A DNA stretch of 64,000 nucleotides, taken from assembly GCA_016184345.1 (NCBI GenBank), contig JACPCV010000003.1:110094-174093 (forward strand). The letters are read 5' to 3'. The notes below the pieces were generated by a model. The model searched no databases, was not told the DNA's origin, and was given only the letters and a program-made list of their open reading frames with translations. Positions within the stretch are counted from its first letter, which is position 1; each line of letters opens with the position of its first letter. A program made the position numbers and the translations under genes. The stretch is from Candidatus Woesearchaeota archaeon (GTDB taxonomy: Archaea; Nanobdellota; Nanobdellia; Woesearchaeales; UBA10216). This document shows positions 37,698-47,200 of this stretch, piece by piece.

Positions 37698-38369
37698 ATG
37701 AAACTCACGAAGGAAGATTTTGACAAATGTTTCAGCTCTGGCAAGCTGCGGATAGCCGTTGTTGGCATGTCCAACGTCGGCAAAACAAGGAGGGCAAAGA
37801 GCCTCATTGCCGACAAGTCACTCAACTTCTCATGGGTCTGCTGTGACGACCTTGTTGAGGCAAAGCTTAAGCCGTTCCTTGAAGGCAAGGGCTTTAAGAG
37901 CGTTAATGGCGTTGCTGCCTGGATGGGGCAGCCCTATGAAGAAAGGTACTCTGAAACGCAGCGGCTTTTCCTGAAGTTTGAGGAGGAGGCAATGGCAGGG
38001 ATAGATTATTGCGCCCCTAAAAACCTGCTCATTGACACCACTGGCAGCGTGATTTACCTTTCTGCTTCTGCATTGCAGCTGTTGAAGGAAAAAACGCTTG
38101 TAATCTATCTGGAAGCTACAGAGGATATCAAAAAGCTGCTGTTTGAGCGCTATATGTCTAATCCAAAGCCGGTTGTCTGGGGCGGCAGCTTCAGCTGCAA
38201 TAAAAACGAGGCGAACATGGACGCTTTGAAAAGGTGTTACCCGCAACTGCTGCAATACCGCGCAGCCAGATATGCTGAACTGGCAGATGTTACAATTCCC
38301 CATTATGCCCTTCGCGACACCACCGGAAAACAGTTCCTTGAAGAGGTCAGGAAGCGGCTTCCCCAGTAA
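37698..38369 (+). CDS. P-loop kinase, shikimate-kinase-like
   Basis: GMSNVGKT and DTTGSVIY motifs. Confidence 0.7.
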   Translation: MKLTKEDFDKCFSSGKLRIAVVGMSNVGKTRRAKSLIADKSLNFSWVCCDDLVEAKLKPFLEGKGFKSVNGVAAWMGQPYEERYSETQRLFLKFEEEAMAGIDYCAPKNLLIDTTGSVIYLSASALQLLKEKTLVIYLEATEDIKKLLFERYMSNPKPVVWGGSFSCNKNEANMDALKRCYPQLLQYRAARYAELADVTIPHYALRDTTGKQFLEEVRKRLPQ

Positions 38370-38401
38370 CATTTTTAACCGCCTGTTTTTCCCATCTTCC
38401 T

Positions 38402-39124
38402 ATGTTGAATGTAAAGCAGTTGCCTGCAAAAATTGAAAGCATAAAAGCATATTCGGACAAACTCAGGGTATTCCGCTTGCGGCTGTCCCGGAATGATGGC
38501 TTTTCGTTCGTGCCGGGCCAGTTTGTCATGCTTTCCCTGCCTGGCCTTGTTGACAGCAACGGTAGGAAGATAGCGAAGGCTTACTCAATAGCTTCCTCCC
38601 CAAGCGAGCAGGATGTTATTGATCTCTGTATTGTGAACTACCCGAATGGCGTTTTGTCCACACCCCTATTCAAGCTTAATGTTGGCGATGAGGTGATAAT
38701 CACTGGCCCTTACGGCATGTTCCAGCTCAAGAAGCCGGTAGGGAATGGCACTGTTTTTATTGCAGGAGGCACGGGTCTCGCTCCTCTTATTGGCATGCTT
38801 AGATCGCTTTATGCCGAAGGCTACAAGGAAAAGTTGTGGCTTTTTTACAGCGTTAGCGAGCCAAAGCTGTTCATGTTCAGGGAAGAGCTCCTCAGATATA
38901 GCAAAAACAAAGGCCTGAAGCTGGTTGTTTCAACAAGCAACCCCGACAGCAGCTGGAGTTTTGAGAAGGGCAGGGTTACCAGCACGCTTCCCAAATTCGC
39001 TTCAGAAATCAGCAGGGAAGTGCAGTTCTACCTCTGCGGCCCTCCCGAAATGGTAACTGACATAATCAAGGTGCTTGAGCAGCTCGGCTTCAAAAAGGAA
39101 AACATTCACAAGGAGCAATGGTAA
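38402..39124 (+). CDS. Ferredoxin-NAD(P)+ reductase family flavoprotein
   Basis: PGQF, AYSIAS, GPYG, AGGTGLAP and CGPP motifs. Confidence 0.92.
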   Translation: MLNVKQLPAKIESIKAYSDKLRVFRLRLSRNDGFSFVPGQFVMLSLPGLVDSNGRKIAKAYSIASSPSEQDVIDLCIVNYPNGVLSTPLFKLNVGDEVIITGPYGMFQLKKPVGNGTVFIAGGTGLAPLIGMLRSLYAEGYKEKLWLFYSVSEPKLFMFREELLRYSKNKGLKLVVSTSNPDSSWSFEKGRVTSTLPKFASEISREVQFYLCGPPEMVTDIIKVLEQLGFKKENIHKEQW

Positions 39125-39769
39125 TTAAAGCCGCTTCGTAACGCCGTTCTTCGGGCAAATCTTGTTCAGGACGCACTTGCTGCAAAATGGAACAGGTGCC
39201 CTGCAAACAGCCCTTCCGTGTTCAATTACCTTGTATGTGTAAGTATTCCAGAACTTTCTTGGGATTATCTTCATAAGGTCTTGCTCTATCTTGTTTGGGT
39301 CTGTGTTTTTGGTAAGCCCAAGCCTGTAATTGACTCTTCTCATGTGGGTGTCAACTGCTATGCCTTCAACTTTCCCGTATGCGTTGCTTAGCACTATGTT
39401 TGCTGTTTTCCTTGCAACTCCAGGCAGCTTAAGGAGATTTTCCATGGTGTCCGGGACTTTTCTGTTGAATTCCTTGGCAATAATCCTGGCCGAACCAATT
39501 ATGTTCTTTGCCTTGTTCCTGTAAAATCCTGTTGGCCTTATCTCCTGCTCAAACGTTTTCAGGTCGGCTCTTGCGAAATCCGCGGCTGTTTTGTACTTCC
39601 TGAATAGTTCGGCAGTCACAATGTTGACCCTTTTGTCAGTGCACTGGGCTGAAAGGATTACGGCAACGAGAAGCTGCACAGGATTGGAGAAGTTCAGTGA
39701 TATTCTGGCTTTCGGGTATTCTTTTCTCAGAAGCTCTATCACTTGTTTAGCTTTGGCAGCAGCAACCAT
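39125..39769 (-). CDS. nth: Endonuclease III
   Basis: LSAQCTD, LPGVARKTA, VDTH and a C-terminal Fe-S Cys cluster. Confidence 0.96.
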   Translation of the reverse strand: MVAAAKAKQVIELLRKEYPKARISLNFSNPVQLLVAVILSAQCTDKRVNIVTAELFRKYKTAADFARADLKTFEQEIRPTGFYRNKAKNIIGSARIIAKEFNRKVPDTMENLLKLPGVARKTANIVLSNAYGKVEGIAVDTHMRRVNYRLGLTKNTDPNKIEQDLMKIIPRKFWNTYTYKVIEHGRAVCRAPVPFCSKCVLNKICPKNGVTKRL

Positions 39770-39844
39770 GCGTCAGGATGCACTTTTTTGCCCTTATTAA
39801 TCTTGTGGCAAAGATTTAAGAAACCGCAGCCATTTGCTATTGCC

Positions 39845-40432
39845 GTGGCAGAAGAACATTACGAAGTCAGGGTTGACAGGAAGAAGTGCATTGGCGCTGG
39901 CTTTTGCGAGAAGCTCATGCCCCAGCTGTTCAAGGTAGACGAGGCAGGCAAAGCCACGCTTAAGGGCGTCGTTGCTGTCAACGGCAATACTGTTTCTCTT
40001 TCGGTTGGCGAGGGGGGCTTAAAAGACAGCGTCATGGCAGCCAAGGTATGCCCCACCTATGCCATCGCAGTTACCAACAGGGCAACAGGAAAGAATGTTC
40101 TTGACATTGAGCCTGAAAAGCACATTGAAGTCCGGAACATAAAAGCCCATTACGACAGCATGAATGAATGGTCTATGGACCCTCTTGGCTTCTTTACAAT
40201 AAAGCCATTTCCAGATGAGGGCGTCATTAGAGTCCGCCATTACAACGCGAAGCACCAGCTTACCGCCCTGATTGAGGGCAAAAACGCTGAGGAAATCTAC
40301 GTTACAATCTGCCGCGAGGGGCTTATCTCAATTCTTTCGCACGCAGCTTACCTCGGCAGCGAACTGCAAAAAGCCGAAATTGCCATGAAGAAGCGGCTGA
40401 ATTATGTGCAGGACGACCCTTTAAGCCTGTAA
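39845..40432 (+). CDS. Ferredoxin fused to a DUF4346-like domain
   Basis: CIGAGFC..CP ferredoxin motif, then DPLGFF..HAAYLGSEL.KAE..YVQD; GTG start estimated. Confidence 0.75.
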   Translation: MAEEHYEVRVDRKKCIGAGFCEKLMPQLFKVDEAGKATLKGVVAVNGNTVSLSVGEGGLKDSVMAAKVCPTYAIAVTNRATGKNVLDIEPEKHIEVRNIKAHYDSMNEWSMDPLGFFTIKPFPDEGVIRVRHYNAKHQLTALIEGKNAEEIYVTICREGLISILSHAAYLGSELQKAEIAMKKRLNYVQDDPLSL

Positions 40433-40469
40433 CAAATTTTATATAGCAGCGACAGGGAAAGCTCTTCCC

Positions 40470-41030
40470 ATGGCGTTTGAAAAATCAGGTAACTACAAGG
40501 TATTTCTGCTTTCAAATTCAGCCCTATCTTTTGCACTTGGCTTGTTCGTGCCATTCTGGATAATATTCCTTCAGGATTTTGGGGGCTCTATCCAGCAGTT
40601 CGGGTTTTCCATAGGGCTTATGGTTCTTGCGCAGTCAGTCACATCCTATTTTGCAGGAAAATATTCTGACAAGCTGGGGAGAAAGCTGTTTTTGATAATT
40701 GGGGGATTAATGCTGGCGGCAGTAACACTTGCTTATACGCTGATTACGTCAATAGCACAGTTATACTTCTTGCAGATTGTGAATGGGATTACAGTTGCCA
40801 TGCAAACCACCATGGAAACAACTTTTTTGGGCGATATCACAAAAAAAGTATCTAGGGGTGCTGACATCGGCAAATACCACGCTATTGTGGGGATTATGGC
40901 AGCACTGGCTATGATGGGCGGCGGCTATATTGTGGGGCAGTCAGGTTATAAAACAATTTTTTACGTGACTGCAGCCATTATCCTTATTTCAACGCTTCTT
41001 CTGTTTGGCATTAAAGAAAAAAGGTTCTGA
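40470..41030 (+). CDS. Half-size MFS transporter (about 6 TM)
   Basis: MFS motif A GKYSDKLGRK; 186 aa. Confidence 0.8.
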   Translation: MAFEKSGNYKVFLLSNSALSFALGLFVPFWIIFLQDFGGSIQQFGFSIGLMVLAQSVTSYFAGKYSDKLGRKLFLIIGGLMLAAVTLAYTLITSIAQLYFLQIVNGITVAMQTTMETTFLGDITKKVSRGADIGKYHAIVGIMAALAMMGGGYIVGQSGYKTIFYVTAAIILISTLLLFGIKEKRF

Positions 41031-41034
41031 CCAC

Positions 41035-41958
41035 TCATTTCTTTGCTTTTCTGATAGAATCTTTCAGCACCTTTGCAGATTTTCGCAGCAATGCCTGCTC
41101 CTGCCTATTTAGCGTAAGTTTGATTTGCCTTGCCGCTCCCTTACTGTTTATCACGCAGGGTATGCTCAGGCAGGTGTTATTGACGCCGTAGTACCTTTTC
41201 ACCAGTGTTGACACCGGGAAAACATCGTTCCTGTCTGACAGTATTGCCCTTACTATCTGGCATATCGCGAGGCCTATTGCGTAGTAGGTTGCCCCTTTCT
41301 TTGATATTACCTCATAAGCAGACTCTTTTGTTTTTTTGAAGACTTCCTGCAGCAGCTTTGCATTGTATTCTGGGAATTCCCTTAGCGGCTTGCCAGAGAT
41401 GTTTGCCGCGCTCCAGACAGGGAATTCTGTATCTCCATGCTCGCCAAGTATGAATGCGTGTATGTGTGCTGGGCTGACTTTGAAATGCTGGCTGAGCCAG
41501 TACCTTAGCCGCGCCGTGTCAAGAAGCGTGCCTGAGCCGATGACCCTTTCCTTCGGAAAGTGCGAGTATTTTAATGCAAGGTAAGTAAGGGCATCAACAG
41601 GGTTTGCCACTATGAGCAGTATGCAGTCAGGGTTGTTCTTTGCTATCTTTGGGATTATCTGCCTGAATATTGCTGCATTCTTGCCAATGAGGTCAAGCCT
41701 TGTTTCCCCTTTCTGCTGGTGGGCTCCTGCGCATACCACCACCACATCTGCCCCTTTGCACAGTTTGTAGTCGTTTCCAAAGGTAATTTTTGACGTGCTT
41801 ACGAACTGCAGCCCATGCTTGAGGTCAAGGGCCTCTCCCTCGGCTTTTTGCCTGTTCACGTCTATCAGGGCTATTTCGCTTGCAATGCCTTCAATCATCA
41901 GCGCATAGGCTGCTGTTGCCCCAACATACCCCGCGCCTACAATCGCAACCTTTGACAT
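41035..41958 (-). CDS. ldh: L-lactate dehydrogenase
   Basis: GAGYVG, QQKGETRL (Gln at the substrate position), GEHGD and KGATYY motifs. Confidence 0.9.
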   Translation of the reverse strand: MSKVAIVGAGYVGATAAYALMIEGIASEIALIDVNRQKAEGEALDLKHGLQFVSTSKITFGNDYKLCKGADVVVVCAGAHQQKGETRLDLIGKNAAIFRQIIPKIAKNNPDCILLIVANPVDALTYLALKYSHFPKERVIGSGTLLDTARLRYWLSQHFKVSPAHIHAFILGEHGDTEFPVWSAANISGKPLREFPEYNAKLLQEVFKKTKESAYEVISKKGATYYAIGLAICQIVRAILSDRNDVFPVSTLVKRYYGVNNTCLSIPCVINSKGAARQIKLTLNRQEQALLRKSAKVLKDSIRKAKK

Positions 41959-41961
41959 TTT

Positions 41962-42387
41962 TTACCCTGTAGAGCCAAAGCCGCCCCTTGCCTTTCCCAT
42001 CTGGTCAGTTTCGGCCCACTCAAACCTGTCAACTTTCACGAATATGCCCTGCGCTACCCTTTCGCCCTTCTCCACCTTAACAACATGGTCCGTGTTGTTG
42101 TAAACCTGTACCTTTACCTCATCGCCCTCGCCGCAGTAGTCGTTGTCTATGACGCCTATGCCATGGGGCTTAATCAGGCCTTTCTTTCTCGGCGTAGAGC
42201 TTCGCAGCGCCACCAGAAGCATGTAGCCTTGCGGCGTTTCAACTATGATGTTGCCTGGAATCAGCGCTATCTCTCTTGGCTGTATCTCCATGTCCTCCCT
42301 TGAGTAGATGTCAAACCCCACAGAGCCTGCTGTTTGGTAAACAGGCAGCGGCAGTGACTTGTCTATCCTTTTGATTTTGACTTTCAT
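41962..42387 (-). CDS. dut: dUTPase (trimeric)
   Basis: RSS, GVIDNDY and RGGFGSTG motifs. Confidence 0.95.
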   Translation of the reverse strand: MKVKIKRIDKSLPLPVYQTAGSVGFDIYSREDMEIQPREIALIPGNIIVETPQGYMLLVALRSSTPRKKGLIKPHGIGVIDNDYCGEGDEVKVQVYNNTDHVVKVEKGERVAQGIFVKVDRFEWAETDQMGKARGGFGSTG

Positions 42388-42420
42388 GGCAGAAAAAGCC
42401 GCTGTTGTATTTTTAAATGT

Positions 42421-43008
42421 TTACCCTTTTTCTGTCTGTGTTCCTTTTATTGAAAATATCCCTTCTACTTTTCTATACAGTTCTTTAGCATTATCCCACC
42501 TATTTGTTTTCCCATCAATGAAATATGAGAATGCAGCAAACATAACCTTTCCCCAGTCCCCTGCCGCCCCCGGAATACCTATATTGTCTAACCCTTCGTA
42601 AAATCCAAATAAGCTGGAAACACCTATTGCCAAAAATGGAAATCGAATAGGTCTGGTGAATGCGAAAAAGTACGTTTCGTAAAAATTTTTCACATTGTCA
42701 AATCCTGTTGAAAACATCTTTATCCTGGGGGTTAGAAGGAAAGGATACACAACCAAGTCAAAAGCAGCATTCACTGCTTCGAATGATGCCATTCTAACGT
42801 TTCGCGGCTCGCTTAACCAATAACCAGCCATACTGAAGCCTGCCATAATGCCCCCGCCAATTATAACTGCCTGTGCTACCTGATACCTGTCAACACCAGT
42901 CTTACTTATTAGCGAAGCCAACCCATCAACAGCTGTTTTAACTGTCCGGTCAGGCAGCAGTAAAGCATTCCAGGCAATTTCGCCTAGTTTTTTCTCGAGG
43001 TTCATCAC
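42421..43008 (-). CDS. Hypothetical membrane protein
   Basis: 195-aa ORF with hydrophobic segments; lower GC than flanks. Confidence 0.65.
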   Translation of the reverse strand: MMNLEKKLGEIAWNALLLPDRTVKTAVDGLASLISKTGVDRYQVAQAVIIGGGIMAGFSMAGYWLSEPRNVRMASFEAVNAAFDLVVYPFLLTPRIKMFSTGFDNVKNFYETYFFAFTRPIRFPFLAIGVSSLFGFYEGLDNIGIPGAAGDWGKVMFAAFSYFIDGKTNRWDNAKELYRKVEGIFSIKGTQTEKG

Positions 43009-43036
43009 TAAAAAGAAAAACTTATTCTTTAAAAAT

Positions 43037-43483
43037 TTACTTCTTAATGAGCTTCTTCAGCTCCTTTTCAAAGCTTGCGAGGTCTGCGAACTCCCGGTAG
43101 ACCGAGGCAAACCGTATGTAGGCGACCTTGTCCAGCTTCTTGAGCTTCCGCATTACAAGCTCTCCAATGTGGCTGCTGCTGACTTCTTTTTTCTCTTCAT
43201 TGCGAAGCTCAGCCTCTATCTCGTCAACAGCACCGTCTATCTTTTCCTGCGGTATTGGCCTTTTTTCGCAGGCCTTTGTCATTCCGCTTCTGAGCTTCTC
43301 GCGGTTGAACGGCTCCCTCCTTCCATCTTTCTTTACAACAACGAGGTCAAACGGCTCTATCCTTTCATAAGTCGTGAACCTTTTGCCGCAGCGCAGGCAC
43401 TCCCTCCTCCTTCTGGTTGCTTCATTTGCCTCACGCTTGTCAACCACCTTATGGTCTTCATTGTCGCAGTAGGGGCAGTTCAT
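43037..43483 (-). CDS. nrdR: Transcriptional repressor NrdR
   Basis: CPYC, RRRREC..C..RFTTYE, ATP cone and [10 protein letters not shown]. Confidence 0.96.
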   Translation of the reverse strand: MNCPYCDNEDHKVVDKREANEATRRRRECLRCGKRFTTYERIEPFDLVVVKKDGRREPFNREKLRSGMTKACEKRPIPQEKIDGAVDEIEAELRNEEKKEVSSSHIGELVMRKLKKLDKVAYIRFASVYREFADLASFEKELKKLIKK

Positions 43484-43486
43484 GTT

Positions 43487-43520
43487 CGTTTTTTGATTGA
43501 CCTTTTTCTTAAAAAGGTTA
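43487..43520 (+). repeat. Family A hairpin element between duplicated nrdR starts
   Basis: CGTTTTTTGAT-TGACCTTTTT-CTT-AAAAAGGTTA. Confidence 0.85.
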
Positions 43521-43529
43521 TGGGGCAGT

Positions 43530-44129
43530 TCATTTTTTCAGGGGTTCCTGGCAGCAGCTGGAATTGCTAACCAAATCAGCTTTACTTTTGTTCCAGAACT
43601 CATACTTCGGGTTTTCCTCAGCAACATCGTTGAGCTTGTTCTCCAACCTTGCCATGATGTGGAACAGGGATGACAGCCGATTTGCGTATTTCAGCAGCAG
43701 CGGATTAACGTTTGAAGCGTTTGCCAGTTTCACAAGCTGCCTCTCTGCCCTTCTTGTGACAGTCCTTGCCAAATGCATCAGCGCAGCTTCCTTGCTGCCT
43801 CCTGGGAGCACGAATGACTTTTGCGGCTCAATGTATTTCTCGGCTTCTGCTATAATGCTTTCAACTCGCTTTACATGCCGTTCTGTTATGTGCGGCATGT
43901 TCTGGGCTGCTGCCGCGAGCTCTGCGCAGGCAGTGTGCAGGTCATCCTGAACTGACTTCAGTGCTTTTATCACTTCAGCAGAATCAGAGAATGCTATAAC
44001 AACCCCTACTGTTGCGTTTAGTTCATCAAGGCTTCCAAGCGCCTCTATTCTTGCGTCGTCCTTGTTTATGCCGCACCTTCCGATGATTGATGTTGTCCCG
44101 CTGTCCCCTATGCCTGTGTAGTGCGCCAT
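43530..44129 (-). CDS. ATP:cob(I)alamin adenosyltransferase (PduO type)
   Basis: [32 protein letters not shown] and NRLS motifs. Confidence 0.93.
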   Translation of the reverse strand: MAHYTGIGDSGTTSIIGRCGINKDDARIEALGSLDELNATVGVVIAFSDSAEVIKALKSVQDDLHTACAELAAAAQNMPHITERHVKRVESIIAEAEKYIEPQKSFVLPGGSKEAALMHLARTVTRRAERQLVKLANASNVNPLLLKYANRLSSLFHIMARLENKLNDVAEENPKYEFWNKSKADLVSNSSCCQEPLKK

Positions 44130-44139
44130 TTTGAAACGG

Positions 44140-44256
44140 TTACAAACAGATTCCCCACCCGCATTCTTCATCCTTGCAGGTGTAGCAGGTTCCTTCTGTT
44201 TTGGTTTCTTTTTCAACAGGCCCGCCGCAGCTTGGGCACTTTGTGAATTCTTTCAT
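44140..44256 (-). CDS. 38-aa Cys-rich protein resembling the NrdJ C-terminal tail
   Basis: Manual translation MKEFTKCPSCGGPVEKETKTEGTCYTCKDEECGWGICL; fills the nrdJ-pduO gap. Confidence 0.7.
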   Translation of the reverse strand: MKEFTKCPSCGGPVEKETKTEGTCYTCKDEECGWGICL

Positions 44257-44257
44257 T

Positions 44258-47200
44258 TTAAATCTCGCATTTACTAAAGCCACAATCAGTGTTGAGGCAG
44301 GCGTGGCAGCCGTTTTCTATTTTTAGCGTCTTCTTCTTGCAGGAGGGGCACAGGCTCAACTTCATGTCAGAGGCGGTTATTTCATCGTGCTTTCCTGTCT
44401 CAACAGCTGAAGCAGCTGGGCCTGCTGGAGTAGCCATTTCAACAGCCTCTGTTGTTTTTGAGAACACATACCTCCCTCCGCTTTTTCCAAGCTGACCGTT
44501 CCTCACAGCGCTGTAAACTGTAGTCAGCCGTCCATTTGGCAGGGCTATGACGTCCTCCCCTCTCATCAGCTTTTGCTCGCCGTCAATCTCTACATCATAA
44601 GTTTCTTCCTTTACCTTCTGCCACTCTGTTTTTTTTGCATCCGTGCTTAGGATGGGGTAGCGTGAGCCTTCCCTGTAAACGGTGATGCCCTTTAGGCCGT
44701 GCTTCCACGCATCTAGGTAGATGTTGGATATTGTTTCCGGGTCTATGTCTTCCGGCAGGTTCACTGTTGATGAGATGCTGTGGTCAATGTACTTCTGCCA
44801 GAGCCCTTGGACGACCACTCTCCTGCTTGGGTCTATGAAGTGGGCTGTCCTGAAGAAGTGCTCAGGCAGTATGCGCTTCAGCTCTTCAGCATCCTTGCAT
44901 TTCTGGGCTTCTTCAGCCAGGTTGTGCTGCTGGATGTAGGCGTCAACAGTTGAGTGGAATATCTTGAAGAACATGTTCGTTCCTCCTGAGGTCAGGCCTT
45001 CAGACCTTCTGGTGTAGTAGAGCGCGAACACTGGCTCTATTCCTCCGCTTACGCCTATGAAGTTCCTGTCGCCGAGCTTGTAGCCGAGCACTATGTTTGA
45101 TATGGTGCCTGTTGGCGCTATTGAAAGTATGGCGATGTTCCTGAGCCCTTTCTTCCTTATGAGCTCTTTTGTTTCGCCTGTGAGCATCTCCTGGAAGAAC
45201 CTTCCTTTCGTGTAGGCTTCGTACTCGAATATTGGCGATGGGGATTTTTCCTCGGCAAGGTTTGCTGATGCCTGGTATGCTGTGTTTGCAAACAGCTTTG
45301 CAGTTTCCTCAAGTATCTTTACCCCTTCCTCGCTGTCGTAGCCGACTGCGAGCTGGTTTAGCATGTCTGCAATGCCCATGACGCCAAGCCCAAGCCTTCT
45401 TGTTTCGTAAGCTGCCTTTCGCTGCTTTTCCATCGGGTTGAGAAGCTCGTTCCACGTTACAACATTGTCAAGGAACCTTATCGTCAGGGCTGTTGCCTCT
45501 CTTATGCCTTCCCAGTCAGCCTCTGCATTGTCTGTGTATCCGTCTTTGACGAATCTTGACAGGTTTATGGACGCGAGGTTGCACGCACCTCCGTCTTCAA
45601 GCGGGACTTCTCCGCACGGGTTCGTGCTCGCTATTGGCCTGCCAGCGTAGTTGGACGGTGAGTACTTTGTCATGGTTGACCAGAATATGAGGCCTGGCTC
45701 TGCTGTCCTGTAGTTTCCCTCAATGAAGGCATTCCAGATTGTTCTCGCCTTGACTACTCTCTTTATTTCCCCGGTTTCCCTTGCGTTGTAGTAGAGCATG
45801 AAGTCGCCTGCATACTTTATTGCAAGGTCAAACTCTGAGTTCCTGTCCGGCACAACATAGTCGCCAAACATGTCCCTTTTTGCTGCCTCTGCAAGGCCGC
45901 TCTCGCTTAGGGGCTGCGTGCCGTGCCCTGCTAGGAATTTGTTCAGCTCGTTAATGCCGTCAAAAGATTTAAGCAGCGTGTACTTTTCTATGGGCTTTGA
46001 TGGTATGCCGTAGGAGTAGTGCACCGCCCCTCCCTGCATGATGCCCAGCCCTGACACTCCCTTGTCTTTCAGGTAAACTAGGATTTTCTCAGTGCCGTAC
46101 TTGTTTTGTTCCTCAACCGCCTGCATGAACTCATCGCTGACTTTCAGGCTGATGTTTGCAAACCTGATTTGGGTGTTTTCCCTTACCTGCCTCTCGATTT
46201 CCCTTAGCTGCTTCTCATCAAACTTGCCTGACCATTTGCACTGCTCAACTATCTGGTTTGTAACCCAGCTCGGGATTTTCTTCACGTTTATGAAGTATGG
46301 GCTGTCCGGGTGCTTTATGTCAATCGTGAGCATGAGGGCTCCCCTCCTGCCTGACTGCCCGATGAGGCCTGTTGTGAGGGAAAACAGCTCCATGAATGAG
46401 ACGCTTCCTGTTGAGGTGTCTGCGGCGTTGTGGACTACCGAGCCGCGAGGCCTTAGCACTGAAATGTCAACGCCTATTCCCCCTCCATAAGAGTAGGTCC
46501 TTGCACATTCGTATGCTGACTGGTAGATTGATTCTATGTTATCTTCTGATATCACTGATACGAAGCAGTTTGACAGTGTTTTCAGCCTGTACAGGTCTCC
46601 TCCTCCTGCTATCACTCTTCCTCCAGGCACAAACTGGCCTTCGTAAAGCGCCCTATAGAACCTTGCTGCCCACTCGCGCTGCTTTTCAGGAGTTGATTCA
46701 ACTGCCGCCATGAAGGACGCCAGCCTCGCGTAGGCATCCTCCGGCCTTTTCTCAATGAGCTTATTGTCTAGGTCTTTCAGGTAGTACTTTTTCTGGAAGA
46801 TGTTCGTAGCCAGCTCATTCCCATTGAGGTAGTCTCCAGGGTGGACCGGCAATTCTCCGCTCTTTTGCTTTTCCTTTAGGAAGAACAGCAGGTTTTTGTA
46901 TGCCTCAAGCCTGTCATAGCCGATGATGGATGCAAGCTTGCTCTTGTGTGCGAACATGTCAAGCAGCGCTGTCTTTTCGCCATCTGTGCCCTTTGCTGCC
47001 TCTGCCGCTGCCTGCCTGAGCTCAGCCCTCTTTGCCCTGTAGAGTATGTAGGCCTTGGCTGTTCTTGCATGGCCTTCTTCAATCAGTACCTTCTCAACAG
47101 CATCCTGGACCTCCTCAACTGTGGGCACGTTGTCGCTTTTAGCTGCGTATTTGACAACCAGCGCTGTCAGCCTTTCTGCCTCTTTCCTGTCGCTTCCTCC

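Noticed and set aside
23619-43520. Family A hairpins as a CRISPR array or as terminators
   Set aside because: They are dispersed, with no regular repeat-spacer period and no cas genes, and they lie inside operons, leaders and a tRNA.
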